A stretch of 24,147 bases of DNA from a virus (taxonomy: Duplodnaviria > Caudoviricetes), in the IMG/VR virus record IMGVR_UViG_3300025848_000182, positions 1 through 24,147 of that record; one strand, written 5' to 3'. Shown piece after piece: positions 16,246 to 24,147 of this stretch; position 1 is the stretch's first letter, and every line of letters starts with the position of its first letter. The notes beneath the pieces are model-generated. The model saw nothing but the letters and a program-made list of their open reading frames with translations, ran no database searches and was not told where the DNA came from. A program made the translations under genes and the position numbers.

Positions 16246-18090
16246 TTACATCTGAGGCTGCATTGTCCCTTGAAGAACGCGCATCACCTCTTGTTGTACC
16301 ATAGCCTGAAGCTCTCCTGTCATCGCGGACAACTCCACTTTCTTCTGTACGTTGTCCAGGGTTTTGGATTCAACTTCGGCTAACGCATTTTCTACGGCAA
16401 TCTCCTGCATCGGATCGGGCGGTGGCGGCGGGGCATCATCGTCAGGGATGCCGGATGCCTTTTTCAACCGCTCCGCAATTTCTTCAGCACCAGGCCAATC
16501 CATAGACTTGGCAACCAGGTCGCCTGCAACCGCACCGGCATTTGGGAATGCCTGGATAAATGCCATCATGGATTCAGCCGCTTCAATCCTTCTGGTCTTG
16601 TAAGACGGCCCGACAGTCACTTCAACATCGTACTTGCCAACCGACAAATCGTTGACGGTTTCCATGCCCTCAACCCAGTTGATTTGCACCATGTCCTGGG
16701 AGCCATCTTCCCCGAGAACCCGCACAACGCGCTGGGTGTCGTAAATTTTCGGGATCAAATCCACCAGAATCCGCCCCGTGTGCTGCATGGAACGCGCAAG
16801 GTTGTCGATCCATGCGAAGGTCGCGTTATCACCCTCCCTCTGCCTTGCGATGATTGCGCGGCCTGACGTTTCATTTCCTTGTGCCCCCAGAGAAGCATCG
16901 TAGATGCCCATTGTGGCCTTCAAGTCTTCGACAGCCTGCGCGGACTGCTGAATCTCAGCCGCGTTGACCGTAGCCGGAGCCTCGCGGGTCGGCCTTGCGC
17001 CTTGATCGAGATTGTACGGCAGGTATGGCAGGTTCTTCGTATTCGCCATCTCCCAGTAACGCTCAAGACCAGCCACCATCGGCGGCGTAACGAGCCAAGG
17101 AGATTTCGGCGCAGAGGCGATCTTCTCGGCAATGCTCGATTGCCAGAAGTTATACATCCGCATCGGGTCTTTCGCATACCTGATGAGCGATACGTGCCGA
17201 ACCCTATCGTCTATCCATTCTTCAGGCCCATAGACAGGAACAATCGGGATGTACTTGCCGGGGAAGATGGATGGCCCCTCAAGGATGTCGTGACCTGAAA
17301 CAAGGTAACGGCAGACTTCAAACGCATCGACTTCCCGAGTCATCTCAAACGGGTATTGCTTCAGCGCATCCGTCACTTCGATGACCTTGCCACCGATCAG
17401 GCCGATGGTCTTCTTGACTGCTTTCTTAACCCAATACTCTGCGAGTCTCACCCGATCATCGTTGACCCATGCCCTCGTCATCTCGGAGCGGTATTCGATC
17501 TCCCAGTCGGTCGGTGTGAATTTCGGGAACCGCGACTCAAACTGTTCCTTCGTCACCCACTCAGAAACAAAACACCATGTCGCGTCAGACTTATCGAACT
17601 CCTTTGCGCCTGGGTCCCACCAGATTGCAAACGGATTATTAATGCGGCGAAGCCGGATATCCTGGTCAAACGAATCATCGTTGGTGTATTCCGTCACCAC
17701 GCGCCAGCCGCCGCCGATCCCGCCCGTTACCGCATTTTCAATGGCAGTGATGTACACCTCATCCGCACGGCTTTGATTCTCGATGTTGCGAATGAGTCCG
17801 GTGTAAATCTCGGCAAGCTCGATGTCTGAACCGTCATCGACGGGAACAACCTTAATAGCTGGCTTGTTCTGCCGCGCATCGCCGGTAACCTGGCGGATGA
17901 ACTGTGGCAGCCTGTTGAACGTCAGACAAGGGCGATTCTCACGTTCGCGTTCTTGTTTAACCGCAAGCGGCCATTGTTCCCCAGCGGCAAAACGGAAGTC
18001 CTCTGCGGCAAATTCTCGGTCCTCACGCTCAAATTCCTGAGCTTTTTTGAACCGGGCGAGGGCTTCGGACAATATGTCTTCTTTCTTCAT
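16246..18090 (-). CDS. Portal protein, P22 gp1-like
   Basis: Motifs GEQW, RPCLTFN, YIPIVPVYG, AKDPMRMYN, ETSGRAI.ARQ.EG, IPKIYDT.R, GKYDV.V..GPSY.T.R. Confidence 0.95.
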   Translation of the reverse strand: MKKEDILSEALARFKKAQEFEREDREFAAEDFRFAAGEQWPLAVKQERERENRPCLTFNRLPQFIRQVTGDARQNKPAIKVVPVDDGSDIELAEIYTGLIRNIENQSRADEVYITAIENAVTGGIGGGWRVVTEYTNDDSFDQDIRLRRINNPFAIWWDPGAKEFDKSDATWCFVSEWVTKEQFESRFPKFTPTDWEIEYRSEMTRAWVNDDRVRLAEYWVKKAVKKTIGLIGGKVIEVTDALKQYPFEMTREVDAFEVCRYLVSGHDILEGPSIFPGKYIPIVPVYGPEEWIDDRVRHVSLIRYAKDPMRMYNFWQSSIAEKIASAPKSPWLVTPPMVAGLERYWEMANTKNLPYLPYNLDQGARPTREAPATVNAAEIQQSAQAVEDLKATMGIYDASLGAQGNETSGRAIIARQREGDNATFAWIDNLARSMQHTGRILVDLIPKIYDTQRVVRVLGEDGSQDMVQINWVEGMETVNDLSVGKYDVEVTVGPSYKTRRIEAAESMMAFIQAFPNAGAVAGDLVAKSMDWPGAEEIAERLKKASGIPDDDAPPPPPDPMQEIAVENALAEVESKTLDNVQKKVELSAMTGELQAMVQQEVMRVLQGTMQPQM

Positions 18091-19349
18091 CGCATCCAGC
18101 CGCCTGCCATTGCCGGTAGGGACATCTTGAATTCGGGTTTGCTCACAGGCTTGTATCCTTGTGCGAACTGGCGGAATGCGTCCGCACCGTTCGATGCCCA
18201 GTTGTGCACGGGGCGCTCGCTGTATGTGTCGCGTTCTTCATCGTATCCCCGTGAATAGTTTGCCAAGGCTTTGAACCCTTCTTCGCATCGCGTCTCGTCA
18301 ATCCAGACGTTATCGAATACCTGTTTGGTCATCTCGATCCCATCCATCAAATCCTGTACCCGTGGCACAACCTGGATCGGCCTTACACCAGCCGACTCAA
18401 ACATCGACTTCCTGGTGGTCTTCATTCCGAGAGACTGAGCTTCAACGTCATGCGGCATCCAGTGGGTGCCGTAGTTGTAGCCCTTCGACTTTATGACCCG
18501 CGCGTAATGGTCGATGTCCTCAAACCTCGCGGCGTAGTAGTCGATGAAATGATACTCGCGCCCAACATGCTGCATGAACCAGATGGCCGTTTCGTCATCA
18601 CGCCCCAAGTCCCAGAACGTATGCACTTCGATGCCAGACTCGACCGGGACACTGCACAATCGACCCTCTGCTCGCAGTTTGTTGAGCTGTTTCTTGTAGA
18701 TCGCTCCGTCTGCAAAGACTTTTAGCTCGCCTTCCCAGATGTGGCGGTATTCTTCCTCGTCTTTCGACTTCAGATAGTCGCGTTCCTTGGCAAGAACCTC
18801 GGGAAACCAAGGGTTATCTCGCCAACTCACCTTCTGAACCCATGCTTCAGGCGGCGGATTCAGCACAAACCGCTGATAAGTCGCATCCGTAATCAGATTT
18901 GGGTTAAAACTGATCCAGATTTCACTTTCAGGCTTACGAATCGTCGGGATCAACGTCTTCCACGAGCCGTCCGTAACCTTTTCAGCCTCTTCCACCCAGC
19001 AAATATCGACACCTTCAGTCGATTTGATCTCGGTGATGTTGTGCTTCAACCCGGCGAAGATAAATCGAGAGCCGTTCCCGCATTTTATCTCGGTTTGCAG
19101 TATTTCAAATTCACTCGTAAGCCCTAACGCTTCGATTCTGTCGCTGATAAGTTTGTGGACTGACTCTTTAATCGACTTTTGAAGTTCCCGAGTACACAGA
19201 ATCAACGTGGTTTGCTGCCACGCCTTGACGATCAGCGCATCAGCAATCGCCCAACTCTTCGCTCCCCCTCTCCCCCCGTAGAGCACCTTGTACCGGTAAG
19301 GCTCGTACAGTGGCAGAAAGACGCTGGGGGTTTGTAGCTGCAATTCCAT
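18087..19349 (-). CDS. terL: Terminase large subunit
   Basis: Walker A YGGRGGAKS, Walker B CWVEEAE, SFNP, nuclease WDLG..D, and C-terminal HNWASNGADAFR. Confidence 0.96.
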   Translation of the reverse strand: MELQLQTPSVFLPLYEPYRYKVLYGGRGGAKSWAIADALIVKAWQQTTLILCTRELQKSIKESVHKLISDRIEALGLTSEFEILQTEIKCGNGSRFIFAGLKHNITEIKSTEGVDICWVEEAEKVTDGSWKTLIPTIRKPESEIWISFNPNLITDATYQRFVLNPPPEAWVQKVSWRDNPWFPEVLAKERDYLKSKDEEEYRHIWEGELKVFADGAIYKKQLNKLRAEGRLCSVPVESGIEVHTFWDLGRDDETAIWFMQHVGREYHFIDYYAARFEDIDHYARVIKSKGYNYGTHWMPHDVEAQSLGMKTTRKSMFESAGVRPIQVVPRVQDLMDGIEMTKQVFDNVWIDETRCEEGFKALANYSRGYDEERDTYSERPVHNWASNGADAFRQFAQGYKPVSKPEFKMSLPAMAGGWMR

Positions 19350-19710
19350 TGATGACCACCGTTCTCACGCCGAGTTCGCCGCCAATAGTCTGGTTCACTT
19401 CGGTCTGATCTTTCCAGCCAAAGTTGTTCTTCAAAGAAAAAATCATGCCCGCCGCAGAACCATCTCCGGCCTGCAATCGCTCTTCAACATCAGCCTCGAT
19501 CATCAGTTTCGCTTGAGCAATGACCGAGGAGAACCCTGGACGATCAGCGTATGCCGAAATAGAACTTCGATGCATTCCCAAGACCGCAGCGAGTCTCGTC
19601 ACAGTCAGCGGCTTGTTGTTTTTCTCGCAATATTCGTAAAATTCGTCAACCTTCGCTTGCAATTCTTCAGGGGTTTTAATCTGAAATGGTTTCCCCGGCT
19701 TCTTGTTCAT
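19240..19710 (-). CDS. terS: Terminase small subunit (gp3-like DNA packaging protein)
   Basis: Motifs TPEEL...DEF, PLTVTRLA..LG (HTH), IFSLKNNFGWKD; directly upstream of terL. Confidence 0.88.
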   Translation of the reverse strand: MNKKPGKPFQIKTPEELQAKVDEFYEYCEKNNKPLTVTRLAAVLGMHRSSISAYADRPGFSSVIAQAKLMIEADVEERLQAGDGSAAGMIFSLKNNFGWKDQTEVNQTIGGELGVRTVVINGIAATNPQRLSATVRALPVQGALRGERGSEELGDC

Positions 19711-19955
19711 TTGCTGACGATCCTCACCAAAACGCTTTTCTCAACCACCTGGTAATCCTCGAGCGTGACCGTGTTTGTGATTTGGTACGTTGTCCCCAGC
19801 GTACCGCCGTCCACGATAACCTCAGTCTCTTTGCCGCTGTAATCCGCCCTTGATTGCGTCAACGAACCGACAGACCACGAGGACGAGCTGACATGATGGT
19901 CATACTGCAACGTGACCTTGAGGTCTTCTGTCGCAGTCTTTCGCAGCGTTTTCAT
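19707..19955 (-). CDS. Small beta protein, possible fibre-tail adaptor
   Basis: Pattern SSSWSV...V.VDGGTLGTTYQITNTVT...EKSV.V.I; ATGA-coupled to terS. Confidence 0.6.
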   Translation of the reverse strand: MKTLRKTATEDLKVTLQYDHHVSSSSWSVGSLTQSRADYSGKETEVIVDGGTLGTTYQITNTVTLEDYQVVEKSVLVRIVSK

Positions 19956-20260
19956 TCCACCAAATCTACCACGTCAGACTGGATCACATAGTCCAGATCA
20001 GGTGATGTCGAGCTGGCGAGATTCAGCCGGATGTTGCACGGGACCGGCGTCTCAATCCGCAACACGTTCGCTGCCGTCATGGTTTCCTGCGAGTTGTACC
20101 ATGCTCCATCAGAACCCTGGAACTGAATGGTCACCGTCCCGCCGCCGAAATCAGTGCCGCCAGAGCCGCCGACATGCACGATGGCACCCGACTTGATGTT
20201 GCACTCCGAACTGTTGCCGTTTGCCGCAAACGTTCCGGTTACGCTTTTCAATTTGCTCAT
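19952..20260 (-). CDS. Small beta-sandwich protein, possible spike/fibre base
   Basis: GTDFGGGTVTIQ..GSDG.W motif; ATGA-coupled to the 979-aa gene. Confidence 0.65.
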   Translation of the reverse strand: MSKLKSVTGTFAANGNSSECNIKSGAIVHVGGSGGTDFGGGTVTIQFQGSDGAWYNSQETMTAANVLRIETPVPCNIRLNLASSTSPDLDYVIQSDVVDLVE

Positions 20261-23196
20261 GCTGGAATGTCCTGTGCAATGTTGTACACGATGTCTTTCA
20301 CCAGGCCGCTGACAACGCCGCTAATTGCCCCGCCAGCCCCTCCGCCCACGGCGACGTTATACGTCGCCTCGAAATACGGCAACCACGCCGCGCCAGTTAC
20401 GTCGTAGACACGTTTTTTCACCGTGGAGTCAGACGATGCCGTGAAATCAACCTGGGATGGTATCGCAGTTCCAGTGCCGCTGATGACCTGTATATAGCAA
20501 TCATCACCTTCAGCCGTCCCTGTCGGCGAAGATGCCGAGAAAGATGCCGCCACCGTCCCAAACTGATCCTCGTAATACGGTTCAAACGTCAGCGTACCCG
20601 TATCGTCCGTGACCCCGTCTCCGAACACCACGTCCTGAGCCGTAGACCATCGGGTCGCGGCGTGAGTTCCCGCGTCATCGAACTCGTCAATGTCAGGCAG
20701 CGCCAGCACGCAGGCGATGCGGTTGGCGTCGGATACCGATGCTGCCACGCCGTTGATGGTAGCGGCATTGATCGTCCCGGCAAACGGCTGTGTTGCTGTC
20801 GTGGTTTCCTCGTAGTCGGGCAGGGTATACCCGCTCACGATCTGAACCTTACCGATGTAGATTCCGTTAGAACCTGTTCCGTTGTAGCTGGTGCTTGTGC
20901 CGTTGTGATTGTAGAACTCAACCTGATAAATCGCAGTGTCTGATGTCGTCGTGGGCCACCCGCGCATGATGACTTCATAAACCGGACGCGACGATACCGT
21001 GTCGATCAGCGTTGCTTCCATCGAGTGATACGATCCCGTGCCGCCGACCGCGCTCCCCTCATCAGAGGCGTCAGATAGGTCGATGGTCGCCTCGAAATAG
21101 TTGCTGTTGCTGTCACCATACACGCGGGCAGTTACCCAATTCCTCGTGCCATCGCCTTGAGCCAGGAAGCGGAGAGATACCAGGTCAGCCGGATTCCCCG
21201 TCATGCCGTCGGCAGTATTGGCAACGAAGTGCGTGCTCGATGCAGTGGCATCCTCAAGCAAGCGGTAGAGCGACTCACCCTGATACCCGTTAAGTGCGGC
21301 AGCAGTCAGTGCGATACTTCCGCTGATGCTGCTACGGGTCTTAGTCCACGCGGCGTTGCTCATGTCGTTGCTGTAAGCGACGAGGTTGTACTCCATCTGC
21401 GACCGAACGTAGACCTGAGCCGATGTCAGCGAGATGCGCTCGTTGTGGATGTAATCGTTACAGGTGTCGCCGGTCTCGATCTGTGCGTCAGCGACGAAAA
21501 TGCTCTCCTGCGATGCGCCAGAGAAGGTCACCGATCCAGAGTCTGCGGCGTAGACCCTGATGCCCATCGCTGCGGTTGACGATGTCGTCCAGTACGCCGC
21601 GATACGATACCAGCCCGATGATGCCTCCATTTCGGTTATGGAATACCCGGTCGGCGCAACGCCACTGGTCGCGACAAACGCACCTGTGGACAGATCGAAT
21701 ATCGTGATCGAGTCAGAATTGCCAGCGCCGGTCAGGCCGATAGCAGCTTGGGTACGGTTGCTCGCCTTTACCACGGCATACGCGGTGTAGACCGTGGATG
21801 CGGCTGGCGTGATCGTCTTCTCAAAGTAATGAGTGTTGCTCGCCGTCCCGTCTTCAACCAGCGTCCAAACGCCCGTCGTCCGGTGCGTCTCGGTGGCTGA
21901 ATCGAATACCGCAGAACACCGCGTCTTCGTCCACGATACATGCCCGAACTCGTTGCTCCACGTCAGCAGGTTCTGATACGTGGTCTGGTCGAGGACGTGT
22001 GTTGATTTACTCAACCATGGCGTGAGCGGGTTGGCGTTGAAGAAGTCGGTGTACGCCAGTGCCTGCCACGCTGGCGTGCCAAGGGAAACATCAAACCATC
22101 GTATCTGACCACGAGCCGGGAGGATGTCAGGCAGAAAATACGAACCGGCAGCAGACAACACGCCGCCACCCTGGTGCCAAGTAACGTAAATCTCGTCGCC
22201 ATCGGCAGACCCGGCTGGCGCGTAATACTGCGTTCCTGCCCTCGTGTCGAAGTCGTTTTCTCGCGCAGTCAGCGCAGGGTTAGCAGTCTGAACCGTGTAA
22301 TTAGCAGACTCACTTCCGTTGCCAAGTGTCAGCGTGTAGTTGGTGTTCCACCGTGTTGTCGCGTGCGTGCCGCCATCGACAAACGTAGACAACGCAGGCC
22401 ACGTTAACGTAACGGTTGATGTGTCAGCAGAATCGAGCGTCTGCGCGACACTGTGGTACGTCGAGTTTGCGCTGTTGGGGGCCGATCCGAAGCCACTGAT
22501 TGAAACCGTTACCTCTTGTCCCGGCACAGGAGATGCATCGTCAATGCTGTCGATGGTCGGGACTGAGGCGATGACGCCAAAGGTCACACCGCAAGCACCA
22601 ATCGCGCTAGAAATTGTAAACGCACTAGGATCTTCTGATGAAACGCTTGTTGCTGTTTTCGTCCCCCATGCAAGCGTGCAATCATCGCCCGCCAGAACAT
22701 TGGGACGGAAAACACCCGTATTTGAGTACCCTGTCGGATAAACACTGACATTGTTGTTTGTTTTATGCGCATCGACAGCAATCCAGTGGTAATCCCCGGA
22801 ACCGCCAGCAGGCGTCAAACTAGGGGGGTTTGGATTCGCTGTAGATGAGATAGACCCGGCTGTCGCGTATACCGTGCCCGCTCCACTAAAGCACCATGAT
22901 TTACCGGAAACCTTCTCTGTCGATGTGCTTGTTACCGTTACGGTTGTTCCGCCTTCAGTTCCGTCTGCAATTTTCCATGCCGCACTGACGCTAAGATCAA
23001 GTGAAACTTGATCAAACAATTCCGTCCATCCGGCGGGCCATGAAAACGTATTAGCATTTGCCGGGTTATCGTTCATTCCGACAATACAAACCAGCCTGTT
23101 CCCGGCGCTCACTGTCGCAGGCAGATTTATCGCGTGAGATGTCCCAGCCGAAGTCTGGTTGGCGGTCGATGCGGCGACAAGAGTAGGCGCTGCCAT
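20257..23196 (-). CDS. Large multidomain virion fibre/spike protein (979 aa)
   Basis: Ser/Thr/Ala/Gly-rich and beta-rich. It has two NL..WS/YSN...WTK.R...L.ED.TAS.TH...Q(I) modules like head-spike fibre carbohydrate-binding domains, plus a second duplicated module. Confidence 0.75.
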   Translation of the reverse strand: MAAPTLVAASTANQTSAGTSHAINLPATVSAGNRLVCIVGMNDNPANANTFSWPAGWTELFDQVSLDLSVSAAWKIADGTEGGTTVTVTSTSTEKVSGKSWCFSGAGTVYATAGSISSTANPNPPSLTPAGGSGDYHWIAVDAHKTNNNVSVYPTGYSNTGVFRPNVLAGDDCTLAWGTKTATSVSSEDPSAFTISSAIGACGVTFGVIASVPTIDSIDDASPVPGQEVTVSISGFGSAPNSANSTYHSVAQTLDSADTSTVTLTWPALSTFVDGGTHATTRWNTNYTLTLGNGSESANYTVQTANPALTARENDFDTRAGTQYYAPAGSADGDEIYVTWHQGGGVLSAAGSYFLPDILPARGQIRWFDVSLGTPAWQALAYTDFFNANPLTPWLSKSTHVLDQTTYQNLLTWSNEFGHVSWTKTRCSAVFDSATETHRTTGVWTLVEDGTASNTHYFEKTITPAASTVYTAYAVVKASNRTQAAIGLTGAGNSDSITIFDLSTGAFVATSGVAPTGYSITEMEASSGWYRIAAYWTTSSTAAMGIRVYAADSGSVTFSGASQESIFVADAQIETGDTCNDYIHNERISLTSAQVYVRSQMEYNLVAYSNDMSNAAWTKTRSSISGSIALTAAALNGYQGESLYRLLEDATASSTHFVANTADGMTGNPADLVSLRFLAQGDGTRNWVTARVYGDSNSNYFEATIDLSDASDEGSAVGGTGSYHSMEATLIDTVSSRPVYEVIMRGWPTTTSDTAIYQVEFYNHNGTSTSYNGTGSNGIYIGKVQIVSGYTLPDYEETTTATQPFAGTINAATINGVAASVSDANRIACVLALPDIDEFDDAGTHAATRWSTAQDVVFGDGVTDDTGTLTFEPYYEDQFGTVAASFSASSPTGTAEGDDCYIQVISGTGTAIPSQVDFTASSDSTVKKRVYDVTGAAWLPYFEATYNVAVGGGAGGAISGVVSGLVKDIVYNIAQDIPA

Positions 23197-24147
23197 TTAC
23201 TCAACCGCTCCCTTCGACGGGCTACCAGAGCGTGTTGCGCCCGTCGCGTCAACGCATAACGCACATTCCCAGTTCGCTTCGGTGAGCGTTGCCGCCCGAA
23301 CTTCTGCGATCTGCTCCCACGCCCATCCGAAGTTGGTTATATCGAGTATGGCTGACGTAAGAGGAGTGCCGGTGTCTCGGATGTTTTGTCCAGAAGTTCC
23401 ATTCGGGGTAACGTCTGAAAACGTCGGCCAGCTCACCGGATATGTGCCTTGCTGGGCGGCAGTGGTTTGCCATGTCGCGTAATTGTTTTGAGAAATGATG
23501 GGCGCAGCGAAACTTGCCTGCGGGTTTGAATCCTGACATTCGGGATCAGTCTGAGAAACATACCAATGGTTGTAATTGACTGTACGGTTTGTCAACGTCG
23601 GTATCGTACATGCGCCAGCCCCCAAACCTTGATCCCAAATGATGTTGTTTCGGAGGTCAAATTCTAAAACCGCATCAGGACTGGTTTGCTTGTTGTAAAT
23701 CTGGATCGCTTTTGTGTTCCCATAAATCAATGTGTTCCCGTAGAACTTTCCGCCGACTCCGGTTGTTGGTAGTTCAATTTGATCCATTTTTATAAAGTTG
23801 TTCGCGCCGACGAACAGATTATTTCTTACAACATTGCCGATATTCGCTGGACTATTTGATCTTTCTTGTCCGACGTTAATTGAATTGAAGGCTGAAGCTG
23901 TTCTTGAAACTCCAACAACATTGGTCGTCCCGCCGAGAACAATGTTGTTTTCAACAACACTTCCCGGACACCCATCTAAATAAAGTTGGGTGGACCATGT
24001 GTTCACAACTCGGTTCGCTCGAAAAATCATTTTTCCGTCAGACGATGATATGGTGTTGTTGCAATTTATCCCTTCACCATACGTGTCCCGCACTTCGTTG
24101 TTTTCAACAAGCCCCCTGCGAACTCGGCCTTCGATTGCTACAGAAGC
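23197..24147 (-). CDS. Right-handed beta-helix protein (5'-truncated by the window edge)
   Basis: Frame is open to base 24147 (ASVAIEGRVRRGLVENNEVRDTYG...). Asn-ladder repeats ENNEV, ENNIV, RNNLF, GNTL, RNNII; C-terminal DATGATR...SKGAVE motif. Confidence 0.8.
   Translation of the reverse strand, partial: ASVAIEGRVRRGLVENNEVRDTYGEGINCNNTISSSDGKMIFRANRVVNTWSTQLYLDGCPGSVVENNIVLGGTTNVVGVSRTASAFNSINVGQERSNSPANIGNVVRNNLFVGANNFIKMDQIELPTTGVGGKFYGNTLIYGNTKAIQIYNKQTSPDAVLEFDLRNNIIWDQGLGAGACTIPTLTNRTVNYNHWYVSQTDPECQDSNPQASFAAPIISQNNYATWQTTAAQQGTYPVSWPTFSDVTPNGTSGQNIRDTGTPLTSAILDITNFGWAWEQIAEVRAATLTEANWECALCVDATGATRSGSPSKGAVE

Larger units (their letters stand above)
1..24147. mobile_element. Segment of a P22-like tailed phage/prophage (packaging, head, tail, ejection and accessory genes)
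   Basis: Gene order terS-terL-portal-scaffold-coat-gp4-gp10-ejection proteins-tailspike matches the P22 layout. No host housekeeping genes, integrase or att site are visible, so free phage versus prophage cannot be decided. Confidence 0.95.

Noticed and set aside
20221-20943. 240-aa plus-strand ORF
   Set aside because: Arg-rich shadow of the 979-aa gene.
1-24147. CRISPR array, tRNA, integrase/att site, reverse transcriptase or DGR repeats, introns or inteins
   Set aside because: None seen by eye; coding density leaves almost no room, and terL, portal and coat have ordinary lengths. A computational scan was not possible.

Overview
The whole window is part of a tailed dsDNA phage or prophage with a P22-like (short-tailed) morphogenesis module, probably from a proteobacterial host. 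On the minus strand (24147 to 2676) is one tightly coupled late operon. In order it encodes a beta-helix protein, a large head-spike/fibre-like protein, two small adaptor-like proteins, terS, terL, portal, scaffold, P22-type coat, a decoration-like protein, a glycosyltransferase, a methyltransferase, a gp4-like adaptor, a gp10-like hub, three genes in the needle slot, a sulfotransferase-like gene, three ejection proteins and a tailspike. On the plus strand (1-2675) a convergent string of accessory genes includes a TGT/DpdA-like protein coupled to a low-GC CX14CX2C-type QueE, suggesting 7-deazaguanine DNA modification, and ends with a Lar-like gene. The most unusual points are (i) three transferases (sugar, methyl, sulfate) inside the virion operon, (ii) the DpdA-like/QueE pair, (iii) an uncalled 48-aa antisense membrane ORF with a possible leaderless promoter in the sieA/immI slot, (iv) hairpins over the scaffold ribosome-binding site, and (v) extra fibre genes upstream of the terminase. 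All family calls come from motifs recognised by eye; no database search was run.
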